This document shows positions 11,197 through 23,740 of a stretch of 64,000 bases of DNA, one piece after another (within the stretch, counting starts at the first letter, position 1; each line of letters starts with the position of its first letter). The stretch is taken from NCBI GenBank assembly GCA_047967505.1, contig CM106538.1, one strand, 5' to 3'. Below the pieces are notes generated by a model. The model ran no database searches. It was given only the letters and a program-made list of their open reading frames with translations, and was not told the origin of the DNA. This DNA is from Dipteris shenzhenensis (Eukaryota). Made by a program: the position numbers and the translations under genes.

Positions 11197-14100
11197 TTAG
11201 CGACTGAATTCTGAGAGTGCAGGTCCATCCACAGCTGCGTCGTCGTAATCATCAGCTCCAATATCACGATCGTTGGAGGAAGAAAAAACAACCACCGTAT
11301 CGATGGCGTCTTGATCATCTACTGATGAGGAGGGAGTAGCTGGGGAAGCTTTTCTGAAGAGGAGGCGTTCGGTGGGGAGCTGACCGGGGGCCGAAGGGCG
11401 GATGGTCTCTACGTCCACCAGCACGATGTCGTCCTCTCTGAAATGGCCGCTCAGGATGCCTTTGGCGATCTCGTTCTCCACGTTCCTCTGGATCACCCTC
11501 TTTACTGGCCTCGCCCCGTAGTTGGGATCGTACCCCCACGTCGCCAGTAGTACCACTGCCCTCTCCGTCACCTGGATCCTTATCTTCTTGTCCCTTACTG
11601 TAGACAATTACAAACACAAATACAAATTACCACCCTCACACCACATTCGCTACAAAACTTTTTGCTGGTCAAGTCATTCTGCGGATCGACTACCCCGGCA
11701 CAGCCTCTAGGGTTGACGCATACAGAATGACCTGGCATCGCTAATCCGTCCCAGCATCAGATGATTTGAATCACACACTTTCAGCTCAGCAACATCCTTA
11801 ATCTATTAAAATATAGAAGAATTTTGAATTCTAAGATTCTTAGCTGTACTCGTACCCATGCAAACATGTAGAAGAATCGATAATCCATGCAAATCTCCGT
11901 GCAAATCTCGAAGAATTTGAATTCCATGCCGTTAACTATGTCTAGGAAAACCCAACAAAACCAGACCCGCACAATAATTGTGCAAACACTTAGAAGAATC
12001 ACTACTTCGACATCCAGTTAAGAATAGATGGTGTGCAAACGACAAACAAAAGAGTCACTCTCCCAAACGCCATTCTTGCATCTACACACAAACATTTGCA
12101 GCTTCCCTGATCAGCATTATTATAGAACACCATAACCAAGCATCCTAACCATTTTGATCACAACAGAAATGAAGATCGTACCTGCAATTTGACAATGCTA
12201 ATAATTTGCGCCTGATCGAGCGGTTGGAAGACAATGTACTCATCTACTCGATTCAAGAACTCGGGACGGAAAGTCGACCTTGCAGCGTCCAGAACGCGGC
12301 TTTTCATCACCTCATAGACCATCCCTTTGGATCCCACCTCCTCCAGACTGCCGAGAATGTACTGCGATCCCACGTTGGACGTCATGATTATGATCGTGTT
12401 CGTAAATTTGACAGTTCTTCCTTTGGAGTCTGTCACCCTCCCATCATCTAAGATCTGGAGGAAAATATTGAACACGTCCGAATGTGCTTTTTCTATCTCA
12501 TCAAAAAGCACCACGGAGTAGGGCCGCCTCCTTACAGCCTCAGTGAGCTGGCCACCTTCATAGCCAACATACCCCGGAGGAGCTCCAATAAGACGCGATA
12601 CTGCATGCTTCTCTATATACTCACTCATGTCGAATCTAATAAGAGCTTCTTCTGTGTTGAAAAGATGTTCTGCAAGAGCCTTGGCAAGTTCAGTCTTGCC
12701 AACTCCTGTCGGACCCATGAACATCAGGCTTGCAATAGGGCGATTGGGATCAGCCAGCCCTGCCCTTGATCTTTGGATCGCATCTGCAACGGCTGCCACT
12801 GCTGGGTCTTGACCCACAAACACGCCTATGCGGTTCCTCGTCCAAGATCTATAGCTTCTCTCTGTCCGATTGTTGCAGTTTGAAAACCGGGATGCCTGTC
12901 CACTTGCTCACGATCTCAGCAACGTCGTTTTCTGTCACTTCTTCTCTAAGTAAGAAGTTCCCTGTGCTCTGGAGTTGTTCTAGCTCTTTCTCGGCTTCCT
13001 CTAGTTGTTTCTGCAAGGAGAGAAGGGTGCCATACTTCAACTCTGCCGCTCGGTTTAGATCTTAGTCACGTTCCGCTTGTTGGATCTCCAAATTCACTCG
13101 GTCCAACTGTTCATCAAACGATATAATTATATACTTGGTAAGAGAAAGTGAGGAAGTACAGAGAAGGCTAGCAATTAGGATGAAGGCCAACTCAAGCTTA
13201 TATAGAATCCATGATCTGCCAGGGAATATGAACCCCTATGCTAGATTGATCGATTCTCAACGTATACAAAATAAATCTAATTTCTTCGGGCTTGTAAAGT
13301 CTGTTGAAGATAGACTCACCTCTTCTTTGATGGATTGAATGCGGTTCATGATCGCTTTTTCACGCTCCCACTGTTCGGTAAGCTCCTTCTGCTTTTTCTT
13401 CAAAATCTTCAACTCTTCTTCTATTTTGCTAAGACGATCTCGGGAAGCTTTATCAGTATCGTGTTGTAATGACAACTTCTCCATCTCAAGCTTCAACACT
13501 TGCCGATCGACCTCATCCAAAGCAGTGGGCTTCGAAGTGATTTCCATTTTCAGTTTCGCTGCTGCTTCGTCCACCAAGTCAATCGCTGCAAAATCGATTG
13601 ATTTCTTAAATTTTCAGAGCAAGACCATTTGAAAGCAGCTGGTCTAAGTAAACGAACTTGCACCAATTTCCGGCAGTTCAGATACTTTGGCTGGTAGGAA
13701 ACGATCGCTGATGTAACGATATGCAAGAATAGCTGCCGCAACAAGGGCACCATCTGAAATTCTGACCCCATGATGCAGTTCATATCGCTCGCGTAGCCCT
13801 CAAAGTATAGAAATCGTGTCCTCCACGGAGGGGTGGTCAACATATACTTGTTGAAACCGACGCTCCAGTGCAGCGTCCTTCTCGATGTACTTCCTATACT
13901 CATCGAGTGTTGTAGCGCCGATACAACGAAGTTCTCCACGACCAAGCATTGGTTTCAAGAGGTTTGCTGCATCCATAGCTCCTTCTGTAGCACCTGCACA
14001 TACATAAAATACAAGAATGCATTGAGCCACATACAATGTCCAGTCCCTCGAGACACAGCCTTTAACTTCGAGAAGTATGATTACCCGCCCCTACTACCAA

Positions 14101-14432
14101 ATGAATTTCATCAATAAAGAGGATGATTTGACCATCTGACTCGGTAACCTCCTTTAGAACAGCTTTTAGCCGATCCTCAAATTCTCCTCGATACTTAGCA
14201 CCAGCAATCAAGGCCCCCATGTCAAGGGATATCAGCTGCAGACGAACAAAACAATTTGATCGACAAGGATCACTTTTGCCCCATGTCTCTAGCAAGGGAG
14301 CAGCAAGAACTAGTTGAATTCACATCACTATACAAGATCCCCATCTAATTTCAGAGGACACAATGTGTAAGTGTTACCTTTCGGTTCATAAGGGAGACTT
14401 GAACATCTCCTTGAACAATTCTTTGAGCAAGC
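11197..14432 (-). pseudogene. ClpB: ClpB/Hsp100 chaperone pseudogene (plastid ClpB3-like), 3' part only
   Basis: Exons ~14432-14378, 14235-14085, 13993-13686, 13585-13320, 13106-12182 and ~11597-11197. They encode [40 protein letters not shown], the M-domain, [16 protein letters not shown] and YGARP. Lesions: TGA 13800-13802, TAA 13062-13064, TAG 12849-12851, a +1 frameshift at ~12820 and out-of-phase splice junctions. Confidence 0.95.
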
Positions 14433-16414
14433 CTGCAAAAACATAGGGCCACACATCATGCATAAGAAACGGAGGTGTGGACTATTGAGCTCCAACTGCA
14501 GACATTTGACAATTCTTAAAAAGCAAGGGAAGCATGGTTATAAGGGCTTTTGTGGATCAGAGGCAACAAAAAACTATCATGTTCTAGCCCGAGAGGTTAC
14601 TTACATTTAAGGTGTGTTTCTTATTTTTAGGCTCAAAGTTTGATTCGATCCATAAAATGGAAAGTCAACTAGATTTGTGGCGGGCTCGTAACTACTAACT
14701 CGAAATTGAACTAGATCCTATAATTTTATCAAAATTTTTAAGGAGAAAAACGAATGAGTAAAATGGTGAACATGAGACACGACTGATGGTCCCATTAGGA
14801 CACAATCCTCCCTACAAATGTCAAGGTAGTGATTTATTATTGATTTCGTGATGTCCATATTTTGAAAGTTGAAGCCCATGAATAAGGGGATGCTCACAAG
14901 ACTCTCATATTGTAATCTATACAATATTGTCACATGGACTACAATCATATGAATGAAGGTGTAGATATCTTTTGATCTTGTATCCAACTTGGATTTCTGT
15001 GCACCATTGCATTGAGAACATGCATCAAAAGAGAGGAATGCTGTAATAATTCAGATTAGAAACAAGGAATTCTGAATGGATGAGCAATTGAATATATTTA
15101 GATGATAATATCTAATAAATAATTATTATAACCACACACAGTGTGGACGGGGAGTCGACGTGCTTCCTTTCCCAAAGAGTTATAATCCGCGAGGGAATGG
15201 GCCTTTCCCTGGGTGTCGAGATAACACCGATAATATTAGCGCTGATAATAAGTCTTGCGAATGGATAAGAGATTGGCATATTACCTGAATCTCAAGTAGT
15301 CAAATGCCGATAAAATCACTACGAACACGCCAGGTGAAATTCAAATTCTCGTCCTCTTTTGGCAATCTCTTTGATCTTTTGTCGTTTGATCGGTAGACGA
15401 TCTATGGCTCATGCTTTTACTGTCCACTTCTGCATACCTTAGTCTTCACCAGAACGAGCTACACCTTGATACCTTGTGATTACTTTGCGATTTGTCCGAC
15501 TCACCAACTACATATTGAGCTTCGAAGCCAGGCTTACACATTGTCTATCATGTCCATCTAACCTCTCTTTTAAATGAAATCGAGGGCACCTACTGTAATG
15601 AGCCTTTATATAAGAAGCGTAGACTGACTTCTTGCAGCAATAGAACTCCAATCTAAAGTAAACTAAAGCCTGACAGCATGCCATTTTTCTATTTCAATGA
15701 CGATGCTGCCTGTGAAGCCAAACAACCTACAAAAGCTTTATTCACACTTGGGAGATTCACCTCCAAAAATTTTAGTTTACCACGTGCATTGAAAAGAAGA
15801 GGTATTTTAATCCCACTTTGGGAAAATTTTAATAGGATTACAATAATAGGATGGCATTTTAAATTCAACTTTGGGAAAAAATCCGTTAATTCATAAGTAA
15901 ATAGGGTAGTTTTTTGGGGGAAATTTTTTAGTTGAGGGGTTTTTTAAATACCCTGGAATGCACGTGATACCTAGGATTTCTTTCTTAGTGGTGTGTCCCT
16001 TGAGCATTCACAAGGCACACATGTAACCTCGTTCCATGCCATTGTTTGTGATGACGATGAAGGTGAAGCCAAGTTTTTAGGAAGAGCTCCGAGAAATCTA
16101 CATATGGGCAGTATAGACTCTCATGTTCTAAAGCTCAAAAAGATATGTTGATAGAAACTACCTATATTTCTCCACTTCCATCTCCTTCTTGCAACCGACT
16201 TCTGGGCAATGTAAAATTCTTTGACCTCACAGCTCTGATTTTGTATGTTCTATTATGCATCTCGCACAGAATGTATGCATACAACCATTCATGGTGGTTA
16301 GCATCTCCTTGTGAGTCTTGACTTGTAGACATGTTGCATCTCTCGTGAGGGGCTGGCTTTACCACCATCATCATTTTCATCTTTTTGGTGCTTGAATCCT
16401 CTTCATCTACAAAA

Positions 16415-18310
16415 GCGAGGGGGAAAGGAAAGAGAAATTGGAAAAGGGGAAAGAGGGAAAGAAAGAGAGAAGATGAGGGAAAGGAAAGAGGGAAAAAGAG
16501 ACATATGCTCATGCTTAGGCATGAGCATATGTCTACTTCTCTTATGCTCATGCTTATGCTTATGCATAAGAGGAGTCTTATGCATAAGCATAAGCATAAG
16601 CATAAGAGACGGAGAAGAGGAAGAAAGTGGAGGAAAAGAGGAAGAAGAGGGAAAGTAAAGAGGGAAAGAAGAGGAAGAAGAGGGAGAGAAGAGGGAAAAG
16701 AAAAAGTGGAGGAGAAGAGGAAGAAGAGGGAAAGGAAAGAGGGGAAGAAGAGGAAGAAGAGGGAAAAGAGAAAGTGGAGGAGAAGAGGAAGAAGAGGGAA
16801 AGGAAAGAGGGAAAGAAGAGGAAGAAGAGGGAGAGAAGAGAAAGAAGAGAGAAAGAAGAGGAAGAAGAAAAGAGGAAGAAGAGGAAAAGAGGAGGGAAAA
16901 GAGGAGAAGAGGAGGGAAAAGCAGAGCATATGTCTGCTTCTCTTATGCTCATGCTTAAGCATAAGCATGAGCATATGTCTTCTTATCTTATGCTCATGCT
17001 TATGCTTATGCATAAGAGGAGTCTTATGCATAAGCATAAGAGACGTAGACATATGCTCGTGCTTATGCTTATGCATGAGCATAAGAACATGAGCATGAAA
17101 GCGGGAAAAGAGGAGGGAAAAGAGGAGAAGAGAGAAGAAGAGGGAAAGGAAAGAGGAAAAAAGAGACATATGCTCATGCATTAGCATATGTCTACTTCTC
17201 TTATGCCCATGCATAAGCATGAGCATGAGCATATGTCTTCTTCTCTTATGCTCATGCTTATGCTTATGCATAAGATGAGTCTTATGCATAAGCATAAGCA
17301 TAAGCATAAGAGACGTACACATATGCTCATGCTTATGCTTATGCATGAGCATAAGAACATGAGCATGAAAGAGGGAAAAGAGGGAGGAAAAGAGGAGAAG
17401 AGAGAAGAAGAGGGAAAGGAGAAAGAGGGAAAAAAGAGAGAAGACAAGGGAAAGGAAAGAGGAAAAATGCCCATGCATAAGCATAAGCATGAGCATATGT
17501 CTTCTTCTCTTATGCTCATGCTTATGCTTATGCATAAGAGGAGTCTTATGCATAAGCATAAGCATAAGAGACGGAGACATATGCTCATGCTTATGCTTAT
17601 GCATGAGCATAAGAACATGAGCATGAAAGAGGGAAAAGAGAGGGAAAAGAGGAGAAGAGAGAAGAAGAGGGAAAGGAAAGAGAGATTGGAAAAGAGGAAA
17701 GAGGGAAAGAAAGAGAGAAGAAGAGGGAAAGTAAAGAGGAAATAGAGACATACGCTCATGCTTATGCATGAGCATATGTCTACTTCTCTTATGCTCATGC
17801 ATAAGCATAAGCATGAGCATATGCTTATGCTTATGCATGAGCATAAGAGAAGGGGGAAAGAGAGAAGAAGACGGAAAGGAAAGAGGGAAGAAGAGGGAAA
17901 GAAAGAGAGAAGAAGAGGGAAAGAGATAAGAAGAGGGAAAGGAAGGAGGGAAAAAGAGGAAAATAGAGAAGAAGAGGGAAAGAAAAGAGAGATTGAAAAT
18001 GAGAAAGAGGGAAAGAAAGAGAGAAGAAGAGGGAAAGTAAAGAGGGAAAAAGAGACATATGCTCATGCTTATGCATGAGCATATGTCTACTTCTCTTATG
18101 CTCATGCATAAGCATATGCTCATGCTTATGCATGAGCATAAGAGAAGGGGGAAAGAGAGAAGAAGAGGGAAAGGAAAGAGGGAAAAAGAGGGAAAGAAAG
18201 AGAGAAGAAGAGGGAAAGGAAAGAGGGAAAAAGAGGAGGAAAGAGATTGAAAGATTGAAGGAGAGAAGAAGGAAAGGAGAGAAGAGGAAAGAGAGGGGAA
18301 GAGAGGGTTT
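16415..18310. repeat. Second copy of the palindromic hexamer/polypurine array
   Basis: Same units as 4255-6345 in a different order and number. Confidence 0.95.
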
Positions 18311-19180
18311 CTACGCCCATCACTACAGCTAGTGCTCTCCTAGTGCTTAAGGCACTAGCTACAGGCCAATGCAAATAACAAAATTAACAAATGGAAAAAA
18401 GGAAAAGCACTTACCTGAAATAGTACGTCCCACTCGGTGTTGTGGACTGGCCCTACAAAAGAGAGGAAACATACCATTTTTCAAATAAGATGTTAGAGAA
18501 AGGAGGAGATTACAAAAGTAACTTCTTGAAAGGAGGAGATTGAGGAGACAAGGAGAAAGAGAAGGAAGAGAAATACAAAAAAGACTAGAAGAGGTGAGTC
18601 TTCTTTCTTTCTTGAAATCTCATTTTTTGTTTCAATCCTTTGAAAACAAGCATGAAAACTAGTTTACAAGTTTAGCAATACAAGGACAAGCACTCACAAA
18701 ACTAAAGCTAACAAACAAATAACCTACATTGTTGAAACAGACTCACCTCTTGAAAAACTTTCTTTCAAGAAACCAAAGAGGGAGAAGGGTGGAGAGGGAG
18801 CACAAGAGCTAGGAGAAGGGTGAGGAGTGGAGAATAGAGTGAGAGGTTGTCAGAAATAGGTGGGAGGTCATTAGAAATAGATGGGAGGAGAGATTGCCTT
18901 GCTTACTTGAAAGATTAAAGAGTGCTAAAGAAAGCGTCGCGCGTAGCGTCGGGTTTCAGTTTTAATCCATAGCGTCGCTATATAGCGACGCTTTTCCGTC
19001 GCTTCATAGTGATGTTTTTAATTAAAAGCATCACTACATAGCGACGGAACAGAGCAAAACGTCGCTATATAGCAACGCTTTAAGACACTTTTTGTTCTAA
19101 GTTGAAGGGAAGCTCATAGATGCTATTTTATAAATGTTATATATTTTCTTGCAACTTATGTTGTGATTTTATAAGTGTAG

Positions 19181-22100
19181 ATGGAAGGGACGAGTGGAAG
19201 CTCGTTCGATGATGTGCTAATGCTCGGGAGCGCAAAGTGACTTACGGAGAGGTTATACTATCATTGCACTCATTGCAAGCGAGAAGTATGACATCAACGT
19301 CGTATTATCATGCGCCACTTGCAGATGTATGGGGAGGAGCCCAAATATGTACCCATCATTAGTGTTGCATGTGTTGATGGACTATCAGTAAGTCAAAGCT
19401 ATTTAAGTTTACAGTCTTATTGGATATCAGGAAATACAAGATCTTATATTTACACGAAATCTTAAAACAGGATAAGGAGGCTGACGAGGGTATGCATATA
19501 TCTGCACACTTTGAGCAAGACTATAGTCTCCCAGATGATGATGAGGGTATGGTCGACATGATGGATTCTATTTTTAGGGGCACTACATCCCATGTAAACG
19601 TGATGTCAGAGTCTGAGGTCAAAATGTGACAGTTGCAAGCAACACAATTGTACGAGGGTGCTGATGTCTAAACTACATGCTTGTCTCTCAATCTTGAATC
19701 TACAAGTAAAGTATGGGTGGTCAGATATAAGTGTCTCGGCCTTAATAAGGTTAGCTCTTGCATTAACTTGACTCATTATTTGGATATTGTTTGTTTTGAG
19801 AATCATCATGTTTGTTTTGAGAATCATCATTTGGATAGTGTATACCGAATCATCATTGTTCGAAGCCTATGTATGTTTGAATTATCATAGGTTGCTCCAG
19901 AAGATGTTGCCTGCACCAAATACCATGCCCGCATCAAGAGATGAAGCGAAAAAGATGCTAACAATGGTGGGTATGGATTATGATACCATCCATGCTTGCC
20001 GTAATGATTGTATTCTCTTTCATCGTGAGCATGGAGATTTGGCTAGTTATCCAAAGTGTGGGGAACAACGATATAGAGATGACTTGCCGGGTGAGCGGAT
20101 ACCGGTAAAGGTCTTGAGACACTTTTCCATCATTGCAAGAATACAACACATGTTCCGATGCAAATCCATAGCAGAGTTAATAACATGGCATGCATCTCAT
20201 CGGTCCAACAATGACACATTGAGGATTCCCACAGATTGTGCGGCTTGGAAGCACATATAATCAATGGCCGGACTTTGTGAGGGAGCCACGCAACTTACAT
20301 CTTGGGCTCGCCATGGACGGTATGAATCCTTTCGGGTTACGCTCGACATCCTGGTCGACATGGCCAAAAGTCGTGGTGATATACAATATCCCACCATGGC
20401 TAACAATAAAAAAGGGACACCTCATGCTTGCACTACTTGTGCCAAGAAAGTACAAGGCAAAAAATATGGACGTGTACATGGCACCTTTGATAGAGGAGTT
20501 ACAAATATTATGGAGAGGAGTGCAGGTCTTTGATATTTTCAGAGCTCCTAGACATAACAATGATATTTTGGTCAGGGGTATCTTGATGTGGACCATGCAT
20601 GACTTCCCAAGATATGGAGAGTGCGCAGGTATGTGATTGTGTCTCTACATGTATAATGAGGGATTATGCTTTTATGACTCTCTTTCGCATGCATGTCTTA
20701 TACTAACACATTCATGCACGCGTGTAGGACTTGTTATGAGCTTGTTACAAGTGGGTACCATGCTTGTCCTGTTTGTGGACCGGGTTTGAAATCGCTTGCA
20801 GGCTACTCCAAACATATGATTTATGAAGGTCATGCTCGATACCTTCCGCTCGACCATCTCGCACGTGAAGGTCAGCTTGATGCACACCATCATATTTAAA
20901 GGCAAGTGACTAGATTCAAGCTTGGAGGGAGAATGGAGAGGAACCTTCTCCTGGTATGAAGAGGCTATCAATCTTTCACAAGCTTCCTTATTGGGGTCAG
21001 CTACAAATCAATCATCTCTTGGATCCCATGCATATCTTCATGAATGTGGGGGCTACTATTTGGGCACACTTGGTTGGTTCCAAAGACTCAAGAGGAGTGC
21101 GAGAAGACTTGCGTGCAATGAATAGGATGTCTCGTTTGTGGCCCCAAGTGCATGCTTCAGGAAAAGTTGTCCTCCGGAAAGCAACGTGGATTCTCTCTAC
21201 GAGGGAGGAGGCAGCGATCAAGGCAGACATTGCCTCTTTTCAAACACTGACAGGGTACATGCGTTGCTTGAAAGGAGCATTTTCAAAGGACAATAAGCTT
21301 AGTGGGCTCAAGTCCCATGATTGGCACAAGGTCTTACAGGTATTCTAAGTAGAATTAGTATACCGATAATTGTGAAGCGTTAGCATAATTATGATTATGT
21401 TATATTGTTGACATGACTTCTTTGTTGCTTTGATAGTTCATCCTCCCAATTACAATAAAAGGGTGTTTACAAGAAGATGTTAGAAATGCTATATTCAAGA
21501 TCTATGGTATTGTGAGGTATGCTTACTATCAAATCACATTGATTGCATTTTCTTCACTTTAAGCTGATTAATCTGTAGACTGATTATGAAAATATCTTAC
21601 ATGGACATGTGAAATAGGTGGATATCTCAAAAAGAGATCTCCATATCGAGCATCGAGAAGGCTAGGGTGGAATCCATCGAAGCCGTATGCTTGCTTGAGA
21701 AGCACTTTCCCTCGAGCATTATGACAAGTCAAGTCCACTTGCTTGTGCATATAGTTGATAAGGTGGCTATTGCAGGTACCATTCATAGTCGATGCATGTT
21801 TTTTCTCGAGCGGTTTATGAAAACTTTAAAGGGATTTGGAAGACAAAGAGCAAGACCAGAAGTAAGCATGGCAGAGGGATGGCTTGTGCAAGAGTCATTA
21901 GTATATATCACAGAGTTTCTTGCATCCATGGATCTCGATATGTCGCAAGCTTGGCATAACAAGGATGATGATCGCATCATTGGCAAGGTTCCCCAAGGGA
22001 AAGGGATTGAAAGAAAGATGACCGAAGAGAAAATGGAGAAATTCAATAAGTTTTGTATCCTCAATAGCCCTGAGATGCAAAAGTGGATTGAGAGATATGA

Positions 22101-22298
22101 AGTGGCCAAAGCAGAAAGAATAAATGCAAGGACGAGATTTAGAGTAATGTACAGGCGATCGCAACCATATCCACAGGATCTGGCTCTTCTCCCCACTCAC
22201 ATGTCACTTGATTGGCTACAACTGGCTCTACGTAAAGGCGAATGCAATGGAGAGACAATAAACGAGCACGAGCGAGAGTTATCATCTGGATGTATGGT
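19181..22298 (+). pseudogene. CACTA TnpD/Tnp2 transposase (Transposase_21 + DUF4218-like), interrupted
   Basis: Motifs 'IHACRNDCILF', 'EPRNLHLGLAMDGMNPFG...STWP', 'LMWTMHDFP', 'GYHACPVC', 'HLLDPMHIFMN', 'GLKSHDWH', 'VHLLVH...MFFLERFMKTLK'. Introns present. In-frame stops and frameshifts. Confidence 0.93.
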
Positions 22299-23740
22299 CA
22301 CAACAACACAAAGCAACTATAGACGCGCTTGGTAGACACGCAAAATAGCGGGCGCGTCTATAGGCGTTGCTCTAGTAGAGAAATTACGGGCGCGTCTATT
22401 AGCGCGGCTAAATGCTCGTCTATTTGCGCGTCAATCACCGCGTTTATTTGCGCGTTAGACCTGAGAAAATACGGGCCCGTCTAACATCCCGTCTATTAGC
22501 GCGTCTATTTGCGTGTGTATTTGCGCGTTTACACTGAGAATCAGACGCGCATTTAGACGCGGGGTTAGACGCGATCCAGAGAATACAGAAAGTGAGATTT
22601 TGGTGTACATCATTGCTTTCCAAACATTGCCCATGATTACCAAAGCACATAATTTTTTGCAAGCCCACATATACGAGAATTAAGGGAAATGAGGAGAATG
22701 AGACAATATGTAAAATAGTTTTGCCAATATCAATTGTGGGGCTACGGTTCAATCTCATCCTCAATGAGATCAACCCTTGCCAAACTATCTACTTCAAAAT
22801 CCAAACAAGTGTTTAGATCTACAAATACATTCAACCCACTACTACTTGTGCCACTCATGTGCTCATCGAAATCAAGATCTCCAATGGTAGGCTCGTCCTC
22901 ACGGGTAATGCCGGCCTCAATATCTATATCTCCTATCTCATGATCATCCTCCTCTCTTGTATCACGGTCATCATCACGTCCATGGGCATGATCATCCTCC
23001 ATACGCTCCATATTAGTAAATGTACTATACATCACTTTGGAACGTGGCATAATAGGTATGACATGCCACCACCTATTATTATCCACCATTGGTTGATAGA
23101 CAACCTAATTCAAACACAAATACAATCATGTTACTTTTCTTGCATCAAATATTTAAAAGCGAGTATTTTTATGTGTGTGCACAGTACCTGTTCACATTGT
23201 TGCGGTAGTATTAGTGTGTCCTTCCTACTTTGCCAAAACTTTCTGGAGTCAATAGTTACAAAGCCACTTGCATGGCGTTTGATTGTTGCATTAGGGCCTC
23301 TTTCCACCACATCCTTAAACCACTTTACATCCAAAACATACACAAAGAAGCGTCGAAAGTCAAGTATAATGATATCTTGGATTATGCCACAATAATCATC
23401 CACATGACTCCATTGGCTCCCTCAAAGCTAGCAATGACGCCGCAATCTTGTGTGTTTCTCTTATCATCAATCCGTTGTGTTCGAAAATGCTTGCCCTCAC
23501 ACCATATAGCATTGAACATAGTGCACTACACCAAGAAAAAATCAATTAAATAAGCAATCTAAATTATAAAAACCTCCTAACTTATGCATAACATTCTATA
23601 TACCGACCTTGCTCATGCATCCCCTAGCATACTCCCATTCTTCCATTGTGATATGCATCCCCTCGTCTTTCTCTGCTTTCTCCATTTCATCAAGTAGCCA
23701 ATCCACATGAATATCCTTTGGAAGTGCTCTTACATGTTGC
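22299..23740 (-). mobile_element. 3' end of a second CACTA family: TnpD C-terminus (DUF4216-like), acidic tail, subterminal repeats, terminus
   Basis: Minus-strand exons 'LPKDIHVDWL..GCMSK', 'YCGIIQDII..DVKWF..SGFVTID..LPQQCEQV' and 'WWHVIP'. TAGACGCGC/GCGCGTCTA repeats at 22320-22575. Terminus CACAACAACAC at 22299. Confidence 0.8.

Larger units (their letters stand above)
16415..22298 (+). mobile_element. Truncated longer CACTA copy, same family as 3328-7530
   Basis: Shares the hexamer/polypurine array and unique segments (18315-18460 ~ 6343-6483; 19208-19390 ~ 6530-6715). Carries a TnpD gene. Both termini are missing. Confidence 0.88.

Noticed and set aside
11781-12002. 'RVQLRI' as the missing start of the last ClpB exon
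   Set aside because: No suitable splice sites; probably chance similarity within the intron.
15042-15680. Possible solo LTR (TG...CA) upstream of the ClpB exons
   Set aside because: No matching TSD or second copy in the window.
15781-15966. Short inverted repeat CACGTGCATT...AATGCACGTG
   Set aside because: Only 10 bp perfect and no TSD. Too weak to call a MITE.
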